Shown: piece after piece, positions 38,675-51,300 of the stretch
Layout: every line of letters starts with the position of its first letter
Numbering within the stretch: position 1 is the stretch's first letter
Assembly: GCA_022710715.1 (NCBI GenBank)
Contig: JAKLGJ010000001.1
Location: forward strand, 362,041-426,040
Direction: 5' to 3'
DNA: 64,000 bases
Origin: Candidatus Omnitrophota bacterium
Lineage (GTDB): Bacteria; Omnitrophota; Gorgyraeia; Gygaellales; Profunditerraquicolaceae
The notes under the pieces: model-generated
Database searches by the model: none
Told to the model about the DNA's origin: nothing
Seen by the model: only the letters and a program-made list of their open reading frames with translations
Translations under genes and position numbers: made by a program

Positions 38675-40210
38675 ATGGTCAATATTTTTAAAGAAAAACA
38701 GAATAAAATAACTTTCTTTGTTTTTATCTCGTTGCTTTTCATTTCCTTGATCCCACTTTTTGCTACGAAAGTATTACCTCTTTACGACTATCCGAATCAT
38801 ATGGTTCGGTTGCATATAATACATAATATCAATACTAATCCTGTTTTAGGCCAATTTTATACTGTGAATTGGCAATTATTGCCTAATCTTGCTTTTGATA
38901 TAATAGGTTTGTTTTTTACTATGATATTCGGCGCAGACACTGCTGGTCGAATTTTTGTCGGTCTTATATTTATCATTATATCTACGGGAACGGTTGCTTT
39001 ACACTATGCGTTGTATAAGAAAGTGTCGCCATGGATATTAATTGTATTCCTTTTTCTCTACAATGAAGTCTTGCTTGTGGCAAATTTGTCTTATTTATTT
39101 AGCGTTGGCTTTTTCTTGTGGGTGACCGCTTTATGGATTATATTCCGTAAACAAAAAACTTGGGTGAATATCGCAGTTTTTTCAACAATAACATTTCTGC
39201 TCTTTATCAGTCATTTGTATGGTTTTTGTCTTTATGGTCTAGTTGTGGTTGGATATGAACTCAAACAGCATCAAAATGCTAAAAAATCGTTCTTCAGGCC
39301 TTCGAAATATCTTATTTTATCAATTGCGCAGTTTGTTCCTTCATTATTGCTTTATTTCTTTGTAAGCCCTACATCTACTTCAGCAGGGTCGCATAGAATT
39401 GGTTTTGCAAGCTTGATTGAAAAAGTAATAAGCTGGTCATATATCATTGATTTCTATCATCCACCTCTTCAATTAGTCGTGGCGTGTTTACTACTCTTGG
39501 GTGGAGCATATTTAATCTGGCGACGAGATATTGTATTCGCTAAAGACATGTTGTTTTCTGCTATTATTCTTTTCGTGGCATTTTTGTTTGCCCCAACAGG
39601 AATTATCGGTACTTATTTTGTATCGCAGCGATTGCCTGTAGCTATAACCTTTTTTCTTATCGCATGTATTTCTATTCCACATTTTAATACCCGCTTTCGT
39701 AGGATAATCCCTTTTGCGATAAGTTTGCTTGTTATAATCCATACGGGATTTATATATTCCAAATGGCAATCTTTTCAGCCTATTTATGAAGATTTTTTTA
39801 ATGCGATGAATAAGGTTGAACGGGCCTCGACAATTATAACGGTAATTGCGAATAATGGTTCGTGGCATAAAACTTTAGAACCGTCATTGTTATATGCGAG
39901 CTGTTTTTCAGTTATTGAAAAACCAATTTTTGTTTCATCGCTATTTGTTTATAAAACGCAGCAGCCTCTTAACGTTAAACCTGCTTACGAATCTCTTGTG
40001 GTTGATGGAATTATTTTCACAGAAGGGACGCTTAAACAAGTGCAACAAGAAGGTGCTCGAAGTTCAAGAAATCCTTTGCAAAACGATTTACTTATGAAAT
40101 ATGATTATGTTCTTATTGTCAATGAAGAGTTTTTTCCTTTTCCTATATCGGATAATTTTGAAAGAAAATATGCATCTGAAAAAATAAAGTTGTATCAAAA
40201 AAAGAAATAA
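38675..40210 (+). CDS. hypothetical polytopic membrane protein (possibly GT-C-like); not exosortase-like
   Basis: RBS GGAAGGAGA. About 12 TM helices in the N-terminal 380 aa, then a soluble C-terminal domain. Confidence 0.55.
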   Translation: MVNIFKEKQNKITFFVFISLLFISLIPLFATKVLPLYDYPNHMVRLHIIHNINTNPVLGQFYTVNWQLLPNLAFDIIGLFFTMIFGADTAGRIFVGLIFIIISTGTVALHYALYKKVSPWILIVFLFLYNEVLLVANLSYLFSVGFFLWVTALWIIFRKQKTWVNIAVFSTITFLLFISHLYGFCLYGLVVVGYELKQHQNAKKSFFRPSKYLILSIAQFVPSLLLYFFVSPTSTSAGSHRIGFASLIEKVISWSYIIDFYHPPLQLVVACLLLLGGAYLIWRRDIVFAKDMLFSAIILFVAFLFAPTGIIGTYFVSQRLPVAITFFLIACISIPHFNTRFRRIIPFAISLLVIIHTGFIYSKWQSFQPIYEDFFNAMNKVERASTIITVIANNGSWHKTLEPSLLYASCFSVIEKPIFVSSLFVYKTQQPLNVKPAYESLVVDGIIFTEGTLKQVQQEGARSSRNPLQNDLLMKYDYVLIVNEEFFPFPISDNFERKYASEKIKLYQKKK

Positions 40211-40294
40211 TTTGCAATGTTAAGCTTTTTTATTGCATTACGCTAAATGTTTTCTGGCGTTCCTTAACAATATTGCGTTCGATTTTTTACGTTA

Positions 40295-40323
40295 TTGGCA
40301 AGATTGACTTTTTATGTTATAGT
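40295..40323 (+). promoter_or_regulatory. sigma70-like promoter of the short beta-helix gene
   Basis: TTGGCA, 17-nt spacer, TATAGT. Its downstream part is duplicated exactly at 42300-42328. Confidence 0.5.
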
Positions 40324-40374
40324 CTAGTAGAAGAAAAAAATTAGCCAGATCATTATCATAATTCTTGCAGAACT

Positions 40375-42180
40375 ATGAAAACAATCAAAATCTTGCTTAT
40401 AGTGCTGGTAACCCAGTTGTTGTTCTTGTCTTCATTTGTTTATGCAGCCACATACTATGTAGATGGGGCTGTGGCTACGGATAGCGGCAATGGAAGTCAA
40501 TCTTCCCCCAAGAAATATATTAAATCCGGTATCGCTCTTATGTCTGGGGGAGATACGCTTATTATAGCTGACGGTACATACACAGGTACGCAGAATAATA
40601 TGTGTACCGATGGCGGGTGGGATTGGACGGGTATTCCTGATGGATCGTCAGGGGCATACACTACCATTAAAGCAGCTAATGACTTTGGTGTCATTATTGA
40701 TGGTGGCGGGACACTTACTGGATTATATCCTAACGGATTGAGCTACGCGGTCATACAGGGGATAATTTTCCAGAATGGCGGTTCCAATGTATATCTTACT
40801 CATTGCGATCATGTGAAAATTATTAAGTGCGGTGGTGTTGATGCTGCCGCTGGGAATGTATGTAATTTTAATTCAGCTGACGGTGATTATATTTTGTTTG
40901 AAGATTGCTTTTCGTGGGGGAGGGGTAGATATAAATTTCTTATAGGAGGCGGATCAACGTATACTGTGTTGCGGCGGTGTGTAGGGCGATATGACTATCA
41001 CGATGCCGAAAATCCTCATGGCGTTTTTTCCTTTTATGGCGGCTCTACTGCGGATTGCTATGTTCAAAATTGCATTGCTATTGATGGTCTTGCTGTGTCC
41101 GGGTCAAATACACAAGCTCTTTATGCTCCGAACGGATCGACTCGGTTGACTTTTGATTCTTGTATTGTTCTGAATAATGGCGGACCTGGAAACTTTTTTG
41201 AGTCATCTGCAACCTCACCAACCTTAAAAAATAGCGTTATTTGGTATGGGACTGCAACTGATACTGCTGCCTCGCAATCATACACGCCGCCCTCAAGCGA
41301 GACTGTTATTGGTTGTACTCTAGGTAGATTCCCTTATGGGATTATTGCACAAGGGACAACAGTTACCAATTCTATATTTTATGGAATGACACACGATGGT
41401 ATTTCCTGGGCAACTAACGATTATTGTAATTTATACGGTAACGGAAATGCTTATTCAAGCACTACTGGTGGATCGCATAATACATTAGTTAATCCACTTG
41501 TCAACGGTTTGACATATTTACCGCGTATAGAATCTGGATCGACACTTAAAACAGCAGGTTCTTCTGGTGGTCAGATCGGTGCGCAAATAGAATATAAATT
41601 GGGAACCTCAGGATCTCTCTACGGAGAAACCGGATGGAATACGTTAACCAGTGATTCCTTATGGCCATTTCCGAATGAAGATGTGATTCGGGAAAGAATG
41701 CGGGTATATAATCTACATGATGTTAATGGTGCTCGTGGTTTTTGCGCTGACGGCCAGACCCTCACCAAATACATCTGGGAATATTTAGGGAATACCATAC
41801 CTGTGGAAATCTATGAGAGCGGGCGAGATTCCGCGGAAAGTACTTCTGGTAATAATGCCAATAGTGTGAGTTCAGTTGAATCTCCCATTTCCAATCCAGT
41901 TGTAGGTGGTAGTAACAGTGGAGGAGGAGGTGGTGGTGGAAGTTGTTTTATAGCTTCAGCTGTTTATGGCGCAAACGCCAATGAAACGAAAACTTTAAGA
42001 GAGTTTAGAGATGGTTATTTATTAAAATCAAAACTTGGGAATGTTTTAGTAAAGTTATACTACATATCTACTCCTCCAATAGCGCATTATTTAGAAAAAA
42101 GAATTTGGGCGAAGAATGTAATGCGTAAAGTATTAAATCCTCTCGTTGCGTTGGTTAATCAAGAATTAAATAAACGATAG
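40375..42180 (+). CDS. secreted right-handed parallel beta-helix (pectin-lyase-fold) protein with a Gly-run + Cys-initiated conserved C-terminal module
   Basis: Signal peptide, then [45 protein letters not shown] typical of beta-helix proteins. G7-S-CFIASAVYG... C-terminal domain. Confidence 0.8.
   Translation: MKTIKILLIVLVTQLLFLSSFVYAATYYVDGAVATDSGNGSQSSPKKYIKSGIALMSGGDTLIIADGTYTGTQNNMCTDGGWDWTGIPDGSSGAYTTIKAANDFGVIIDGGGTLTGLYPNGLSYAVIQGIIFQNGGSNVYLTHCDHVKIIKCGGVDAAAGNVCNFNSADGDYILFEDCFSWGRGRYKFLIGGGSTYTVLRRCVGRYDYHDAENPHGVFSFYGGSTADCYVQNCIAIDGLAVSGSNTQALYAPNGSTRLTFDSCIVLNNGGPGNFFESSATSPTLKNSVIWYGTATDTAASQSYTPPSSETVIGCTLGRFPYGIIAQGTTVTNSIFYGMTHDGISWATNDYCNLYGNGNAYSSTTGGSHNTLVNPLVNGLTYLPRIESGSTLKTAGSSGGQIGAQIEYKLGTSGSLYGETGWNTLTSDSLWPFPNEDVIRERMRVYNLHDVNGARGFCADGQTLTKYIWEYLGNTIPVEIYESGRDSAESTSGNNANSVSSVESPISNPVVGGSNSGGGGGGGSCFIASAVYGANANETKTLREFRDGYLLKSKLGNVLVKLYYISTPPIAHYLEKRIWAKNVMRKVLNPLVALVNQELNKR
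41944..42177 (+). other. conserved C-terminal module (short paralog)
   Basis: CFIASAVYGA...LREFRDGYLL...VKLYYISTPPIAHYLEKR...LNPLVALV aligns with 51812-52042. Confidence 0.6.
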
Positions 42181-42299
42181 CAATATCTTTCAAGATCAAT
42201 CCTAAAGTAAATTTCCCGCCAAAACAAATTTTAATTAAAACATTGTTATAGAATAACTTACAAACATAAATAATTTGTTTAAAAATATTCAACGTGATA

Positions 42300-42328
42300 T
42301 TGACAAGATTAACTTTTTATGTTATAGT
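42300..42328 (+). promoter_or_regulatory. sigma70-like promoter of the giant beta-helix gene (duplicate)
   Basis: TTGACA, 17-nt spacer, TATAGT. Sequence is identical to 40310 onward. Confidence 0.5.
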
Positions 42329-42379
42329 CTAGTAGAAGAAAAAAATTAGCCAGATCATTATCATAATTCTTGCAGAACT

Positions 42380-45300
42380 ATGAAAACAATCAAAATCTTG
42401 CTTATAGTGCTGGTAACCCAGTTGTTGTTCTTGTCTTCATTTGTTTATGCAGCCACATACTATGTAGATGGGGCTGTGGCTACGGATAGCGGCAATGGAA
42501 GTCAATCTTCCCCCAAGAAATATATTAAATCCGGTATCGCTCTTATGTCTGGGGGAGATACGCTTATTATAGCTGACGGTACATACACAGGTACGCAGAA
42601 TAATATGTGTACCGATGGCGGGTGGGATTGGACGGGTATTCCTGATGGATCGTCAGGGGCATACACTACCATTAAAGCAGCTAATGACTTTGGTGTCATT
42701 ATTGATGGTGGCGGGACACTTACTGGATTATATCCTAACGGATTGAGCTACGCGGTCATACAGGGGATAATTTTTCAAAATGGCGGTTCCAATGTATATC
42801 TTACTAATTGCGACCATGTAAAAATTTTAAAATGCGCTGGAGTTGATGCTGCCGCTGGGAATGTGTGTAATTTTAATTCAGCTGACGGTGATTATATTTT
42901 GTTTGAAGATTGCTTTTCTTGGGGGAGAGGCCGGTATAAGTTTCTGATTGGAGGAGGTTCAACATATACTATCTTGCGAAGATGTGTAGGGCGATATGAT
43001 TATCATGATGCCGAGAATCCTCACGGAGTTTTTTCTTTTTATGGGGGTTCTTCGACTGATTGTTACGTGCAAAATTGTATTGCTGTTGATGGTCTTGCTG
43101 CTTCTGGTTATGGAACTACCGCATTGTATGCTCCTAATGGGTCCACAAGATTAACTTTTGATTCTTGTATTGTTCTGAATAATGGAGGTGCGGGCAATTT
43201 CTTTGAATCCGGAGCGACATCCCCAACATTGAAGAATAGCGTTATTTGGTATGGCACTTCAGCAGGTACGGCGGCTTCTCAATCATATAGTGAACCATCT
43301 AATGAAACCGTTATAAATTGCACTCTTGGTAGATTCCCATATGGAATTATATCAGCCCATACGAGCGTATCTAACAGTATATTCTATGGCATGACGAGTG
43401 ATGCGATCTCTTGGTCTACAAATAATTATTGTAATTTGTATGGCAATGGTAATAACTATTCAAGCACAACCGGAGGAGTAAATAATGTTGTGTATTCGCC
43501 ACTAACCAATGGTTTAAGATACCTCCCTAGAATAGAATCCAGTTCAACTCTTAAGACCGCTGGTTCATCTGGTGGTCAAATTGGAGCACAGATTATTTAT
43601 CGTCTGGGTGTTTCGGGTACTCTTTACGGAGAGACTGGGTGGAATACGCTAACTGATGAGAATCTATGGCCATTTCCGAATGAAGATGTGATTCGAGAAA
43701 AAATGCGTGTATATAATTTGCATGATGTTAATGGTACTCGCGGTTTTTGCGCGGATGGCCAGACCCTCACCAAGTACATCTGGGAATATTTAGGGAATAC
43801 CATCCCTCCGGAAATTTATGGTGCGCCGGCGACGCCGACGATCAGCACGAGTTCTTTAGCCGGGGGGACAACCGGGACAGCGTACAGCCAGACTTTAGCG
43901 GTTTCCGGCGGGACTTCGCCTTATTCCTGGACCGTTGCTTCCGGTTCGTTGCCTGCGGGCTTGAGCCTGAATATTTCTACCGGAGTTATCTCCGGCACGC
44001 CTTCGGCTGTCGGGACTTCGAGCTTTACCGTGCAGGTGATGGATGCCGAGACGGTGACTGATACCCAGGCGCTTTCTATCGTGGTCAGCGCTCCGGATTT
44101 GACCGCGCCCACGATTTCCTCAATCGCTGCGGGAAGTATTACCGGTTCAGGCGCTGCGATCACCTGGACGACCAATGAAGCGGCTACTTCGCGGGTGGAA
44201 TACGGCACGAGCGTTGCTTATGGTTCACAGACTACTTTGGATAGTACCTTGGTTACCAGCCATTCGGTGAATCTTACCGGCTTGAGCGCTAATACTACCT
44301 ATCATTACCGGGTGAAGAGCCAGGATGCGGCGGCTAATGAAACAGTATCCGCGGACAATTCTTTTACTACCGGTGGTTCTACGGATTACGTCAGCCCCAG
44401 CCCGGACGTAAACTTAACTGATTTTGAATCGGTTCCCGAAGAAGGGACAATGACCGTGAATATTCCGGTTGATCCTTCCACGGCTACTTCTGCAGCGATC
44501 ATTTTAACTATTTATGACGCGGAGAATCCCAATGAAGGCAACTTCTATATCAACGGCAACGGAGAGACTGCGATTCCGTACGGCGATTCTTATGATTCCG
44601 TAGATCATACTTTTGCCCCGATCACGATTAACAAGTCTTATCTGGTGCAGGGCGATAATACCATCAGGTTTACCCATTTAGCTACCAGCGGATTTATTGT
44701 CAGGGATGTGACTATTCGTTTGACCTTTACCGGGTCAAGCGATACTACCGCGCCTTCAGCCGTCAGCACCCTGGCTGCTGCTACCGGCACGAACCGGGGG
44801 ACGGTGAATCTGACCTGGACCTCGCCCGGGGATGATGCTGCTACCGGCACAGCCACCAGCTATACCATCAAGTATTCCACTTCCCAGATCACCAATGACG
44901 CGCAGTTTACCGCGGCTACGGATGTGACCGGTGAACCCGCGCCGGCAGTAGCCGGGACTTCGCAATCGATGACGGTTACCGGTTTGACTCCGGGGACGAC
45001 TTATTATTTCGCGATCAAGACCACAGATGAAGCCGGCAATACCGCCACGATCTCCAATTCTCCCGGCGCGCAGGCTAAGCCCAATGTTCTTCCGGTTTTA
45101 GCTGCGATCGGCGCCAAGAGCGTGAATGAGAATGCCGCGCTTTCCTTTACTATCAGCGCTACTGACGCGGATGGCGACGCGATCACTTATTCTGCCAGCG
45201 GTTTGCCTTCCGGAGCCACGTTCACTGCCGGTACCCGGACATTTGCCTGGACGCCTGCGTACACCCAGGCGGGTTCCTATTCCGTAACCTTTACCGCCAC

Positions 45301-48300
45301 TGATACCCAGTCAGCCAGCGATTCCGAAACCGTCACTATTACCGTAGCTAATGTCAACCGCGCGCCGGTATTGGCGGCGATCGGGGCAAAGAGCGGGTCG
45401 GAAAATACTTTATTGACCTTTACTTTGAGCGCTACGGATGCTGACAGCGATGCTTTGACCTATTCCTGCACTAATCTGCCTTCCGGATCGACTTTGAATG
45501 AATCGACCGGCGTGTTCAGCTGGACCCCGTCATATACCCAGGCAGCCACGTACGGGGCGGTGCATTTCGTGGTTTCCGACGGTAGTCTGACGGATACCGA
45601 GAATATCACCATTACCATCGCTAATACCAACCGCGCGCCGGTGCTTGATGCTATCGGTAATAAGTCGGTCAATGAAAACAGCGCTTTGAGTTTTGACCTT
45701 AATGCCACGGATGCGGATGATGATATCGTAGCTTACAGCGCTTCAGGTTTACCTGCCGGCGCGGTTTTCGACGCGGGGAACTTCAGCTGGACTCCGACGT
45801 ACTCCCAAGCAGGCACATACACCGTGACTTTTACCGCGGATGATCTTAGCGGCGGGACTGATTCCGAGACGATCACTATCACTGTGGGCAATCTGAACCG
45901 CGTGCCGGTGTTAGCGGCTATCGGGAATAAGGCCGTGGATGAGAATGCGCTGTTGAGTTTTGTGATCAGCGCTACTGATGCGGATAGCGATACCTTGACT
46001 TATTCCGCCACGAATTTGCCTTCGGGCGCTACTTTTACCGCCGGGACCAGGACTTTCGCCTGGACGCCGGGCGGCACGCAGGCCGGTAATTACAGTGTAT
46101 CTTTCAGCGTGACCGATCCTAACGGCGGCATCGATTCCGAGACGATCACTATTACCGTAGGCGATGTGAATGCTCCTCCGGTTCTGGCAGCTATCGGCGC
46201 TAAATCGGTGAATGAGAATGCGGCATTGAGCTTTGTGATCAGCGCTACTGATGGTGATGGCGACGCGTTGACCTATGCTGCCGCTAATCTGCCTTCCGGC
46301 GCTACTTTTACCGCCGGGACCAGGACTTTCGCCTGGACGCCGTCGTATACCCAGTCCGGTTCGTATACCGTGACTTTCAGCGTGGATGACGGTCTGGGCG
46401 GGACGGATTCCGAAGCGGTGGTGATTACTGTGGCTAATATGAATCGCGCGCCGGTGCTGGGAGCGGTGGGGAACAAAGCCGTGAATGAGAATGCGGCGTT
46501 GAGCTTTACGTTGAGCGCTACCGATGCGGACAGCGATACTTTAGTTTATTCTGCCACAGGTTTACCTGTCGGCGCTACTTTAGACAGCGCGACCGGGTCT
46601 TTTGCCTGGACGCCGACCTACGCGCAGTCGGGCAACTACAGCGTGACCTTCAGTGTCAGCGACGGCAACGGCGGGACGGATTCGGAAACCATCGGTATCG
46701 CGGTGAATAATGTCAACCGGGTGCCGGTGCTGGACGCGGTAGGCGCGAAATCGGTAGATGAAGGGGTAGCTTTGACTTTTACTTTGAACGCTGCTGACGC
46801 GGATAGCGATACTCTGACTTACGCGGCTGCTAATTTGCCTTCCGGCGCCACGTTTACCGCCGGCACGCGCACTTTCGCCTGGACGCCGGGCGGCACGCAA
46901 TCCGGAACTTACAATGTGACTTTCAGCGTGGATGACGGCAACGGCGGCACAGATTCGGAAACAATCGCGATTACCGTAAATAATGTCAATGTCGCGCCGG
47001 TGTTGAGCGCGATCGGCGCCAAGAGTGTGAATGAGAACGCGGCATTGAGTTTTGTGATCAGCGCTACGGATAGCGATGGAGACGCGATAACCTGCGCGGC
47101 TTCCAATCTACCCGCAGGCGCTACTTTTACCGCCGGGACCAGGACATTCGCCTGGACGCCGTCGTATACACAGTCCGGATCTTACACCGTGACTTTCAGC
47201 GTGGATGACGGTTTGGGCGGGACGGATTCCGAAGCGGTGGCGATTACGGTGGCTAATGTGAATCGCGTTCCGGTATTGGCGGCTGTGGGCAACAAAAACG
47301 TGGATGAAAACGTGGCGTTGAGTTTCAGCTTGAGCGCCACTGACGCAGATAGCGATACTTTGACATATTCCGGTGCCGGGATGCCTGTGGGCGCGACTTT
47401 TAATAGTGCCAACGGAGCGTTCAGCTGGACGCCGACCTATACCCAGGCCGGAAGCTATAGCGTAACTTTCAGCGCCAGCGACGGTAACGGCGGCGAGGAT
47501 TCCGAGGCTATCACTATTACTGTCGCGAATGTAAATCGCGTTCCGGTGTTGGCGGCAATCGGGGCAAAGAGCGTGGACGAGGGAACGGGTTTGAGCTTTA
47601 CGGTCAGCGCGACGGATGCGGATAACGATACCTTGACTTATACGGCTGCGGATGTGCCGGCTGGAGCGAGTTTCACTGCCGGAACCAGGACGTTCAGCTG
47701 GACTCCCAGTTGTCTGCAGTCGGGTGTGTATACGGTGACTTTCAGCGTGGATGACGGCAATGGCGGCACAGATTCCGAAGCGGTGGTTATCAGCGTGAAC
47801 AACGTGAATTGTCCGCCGGTGTTAGCGGCGATCGGCGCAAAGAGCGTTAACGAGAACGCGCAGTTGCAGTTTACGGTCAGCGCCACGGATCCGGAAGGCG
47901 ACAGCTTAACTTATTCCGCGGCGGGATTACCGGCGGGAGCGACTTTTGCGGGTTCGACATTTACCTGGACGCCGTCATATAGTCAGGCGGGTTCTGCTAC
48001 AGTGACGATTACTGCCGACGACGGTAACGGCGGCACGGATTCCGAAGCTGTGGTTATCAGCGTGGCGGATGTGAACCGCTCGCCGATCCTGGATCTGACC
48101 GGCAATAAGACGGTGAATGAGAACAGCGTTTTGAGTTTTGATATCAACGCGACTGATCCGGATGGCGACGTGGTGGCTTATAGCGCGACCGGTGTTCCTG
48201 CGGGCGCGGTATTCAGCGCGGGCAGCTTTAGCTGGACACCGTCATATACCCAGGCCGGTTCCTATACTGTGGTCTTTACCGCGGATGATCTCAATGGCGG

Positions 48301-51300
48301 GGAAGATTCGGAAACGATCACCATTACCGTGAATAATGTGAATCGCGCGCCGGTGCTGGCGGCGATCGGGAATAAGAGCGTGAATGAAGCCGCCGCTCTG
48401 GTTTTCAGCGTCAGCTCAACCGACGCAGACGGCCAGGCTTTGACTTTGTCCGCTGCGAACCTGCCTGCGGGCGCTACTTTTAACGCCGGGACCGGGGTGT
48501 TCAGCTGGACTCCTTCGTATTCCCAGGCCGGCGCATTTGCCGGGGTGCATTTCGAAGTTACCGACGGCGCGGCCACGGATAGCGAAGATATTACCATTAC
48601 GGTGAGCAATGTGAACCGGGAACCGGTTCTGGCCGCCATCGGCGCTAAAACGGTGAATGAAAACGTGCAATTGCAGTTTACCGGTTCCGCGACCGATGCG
48701 GACGGCGATGTTTTGACTTACAGCGCTACCGGATTGCCGGCAGGAGCGACCTTCGCGGGTTCGACTTTTACCTGGACGCCGACGTACGCGCAGTCCGGGA
48801 ATTTCACCGTGACCATCAGCGTGGCGGATACTAACGGCGGGACGGATTCCGAAGCGGTGACGATTTCCGTAGGTAACGTGAACCGGCCGCCGGTATTGGC
48901 TGCGGTGGGGAATAAGACTGTAGCCGAGAATGCGGCGTTAGGATTTACGGTCAACGCTACGGATCCGGACGGTGATGCAGTGACGCTATCTGCAGCGAAT
49001 CTGCCTTCCGGCGCGACGTTTAACGCTGCGACGGGCGCGTTCAGCTGGACTCCGGGTTACGCGCAAGCCGGGGCATACGCGACCGTGCAATTCGCAGCCA
49101 GTGATGGCTCTTTGAGTGATGCGGAAACCATTACGATCACTGTTACAAACACTGATACCACACCGGTTTTAGCGGCTATCGGAAACAAGACGGTGACGGA
49201 AAATGCGGCGCTGTCGTTTACGGTCAGCGCTGTTGACGTAGATGGCGACGCTTTGACGTATGCTGCGGCCGGATTGCCGGCCGGGGCTTCGTTCGCCAGC
49301 CAGGCATTTAACTGGACCCCGGGTTATGATCAGGCGGGTACCTATACGGTGACATTCTCGGTGGAGGATGGGGCGGGCAATAGCGATTCCGAAGCGGTTA
49401 CGATTACGGTGAGCAATGTTAACCGCGCGCCGGCGATGGCTGCGATCGGGAATAAGTCGGTGGTGGCTAAGTCCGAACTGACCTTTACCGTCAGCGCTAC
49501 TGATGCCGACGGCGACGCGGTGACTTATGCGGCTTCAGGTTTGTCGGCCGGTGCGACGTTTAATGCCGATTCCGGTGTGTTCAGCTGGATCCCGACCAAT
49601 GCCGACGCCGGGAATCATACCATTACTTTCAGCGCGACGGATGGTTTAGCTTCCGCTACCGAGGCGATCACCGTGGCAGTGGATGTCCTGGATGAAGAGC
49701 CGCCGTATCTGGATTCATTGAATCCGGAAGAGGGCGAAGTGCAGGTTTCGCGCGATTCCGACGTGTTCTTCTACCTGAAGGACGCGCTTAAGGGGGTCAA
49801 TAAGGATACGATCAATTTGAGCATCAAGCGCGAAGGCGACGCCGCGGCGACCAATGTTATCGTCAACGGGGTAAATCAGCTCTCATCGTATCCGAATAAC
49901 GTGATCCTCCAGAGCAGCAGCGGCAATTACGCGGTAAAGTACGATCCTCCGACCAGCCGCGACTATCGCTTTAAATACGAGCAGAAGATCACGGTGACAG
50001 TCAGCGGCCGCGACCTGGCCGGCAATCAGCTGGCGCCGTACACCTATGATTTCACTACCGCCATGCTGCTTAAGGGGCCGAACAAGAGGGTGAGTACCAC
50101 CACTACGACTACGGCTGAACCTGCTCCGGCGCCGGCAGGCGGCGTGGATGGCGCGGTGCAGCCGCCGGCTGCGACCCAGGTGGTGAATAAAGATAATTCC
50201 TGTCTGGTGATGAATAAATCCAGCAACAAAGTGTATATGGTCTGGCAGGACGACGCCGGACAGATCTGGTTCAATAAATCCGAGGACCGGGGGGTGACTT
50301 TTATCCAGGATACCCAGTTGACCGGCGCTTTGACCGGAACGAACCGCAATCCGCAGATGGCCGTGGATGATCCTGGGAACTTGTATGTGATCTGGGAGAA
50401 CGTGCAGACGGATAATTCGTCGGATCTGTATTTTGCCCGGCTGGATAATAACAGCGCTGCCTGGCAGATCGCGGTGATCCCGGCGGATATCGCGCTGGGC
50501 GTTGCGGCGAATCAGGCGCAGCCGTCTTTAGACGTAACTTCGAGCGGCACGGTGGTGATCGCCTGGGTCAACGGCGCTTCCGGTGTATATTATGCCCGGT
50601 CGACGGATCAGGGCGATAGTTTATGGAATCTGACTGCCGCGCAGACCAAACGGGTGGACGACGGGACTGCGGCGGCGTTTGCTTATCCGGAAATCAAGTT
50701 GAGCGTGAATAGTCAGAATAAGTATGTGGTCTGGAGCGCGGAGAAAAATAGCGAGCGCAATATTTATTTCAACGCTTTGAATAATCAGAATAATCGGGTT
50801 TACGCCCAGGATATTCAGATCAACGACGCGAATAGCGGCACTGCGGCGGACCGGCCGAGTCTGGCCATGCGGCCGGAAGTCGGCGGCGGCGGGCAGAAGG
50901 TGGGTATTTGCGCGGCCTGGGAAAATACCGGCGCTGACGGCGATACGGATATTTATTTCGACAAATCGGTTACCGGCGAGGTGTGGGGCGCGGATATTCA
51001 GGTCAACGAAGACGCGCAGACGCCGCAGGCGCAGAAAGAGCCGGCGCTGGCCATGGATGCCGACGGAAGTATTTTTGCGGTGTGGAGCGATTACCGCAAC
51101 GGCGAATGGGATATTTATTACGCCAATTGCCTGGATAACGGGTTGACTTTCAAGACGAATATTCTGGTGAATGCCGATTCCGGCACCGCGGTGCAGGATA
51201 AACCTTCCTTGTACTTGAGCGCGGACGGCAACCACGTGTGCATCTCCTGGACGGATTATCGTGACGGTAACGGAGCGATCTATTTTAACCGCAACTCCTA

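Noticed and set aside
38675-40210. Polytopic membrane protein considered as the missing exosortase
   Set aside because: At 511 aa with about 12 TM helices and a large soluble C-terminal domain, it is not the compact ~8-TM architecture of exosortases. No exosortase call is made for this window.
45086-49700. Regular ~270-bp repeats considered as a CRISPR-like or satellite array
   Set aside because: The repeats lie inside one continuous reading frame and encode Ig/cadherin-like domains. There are no spacers and the unit length is wrong for CRISPR.
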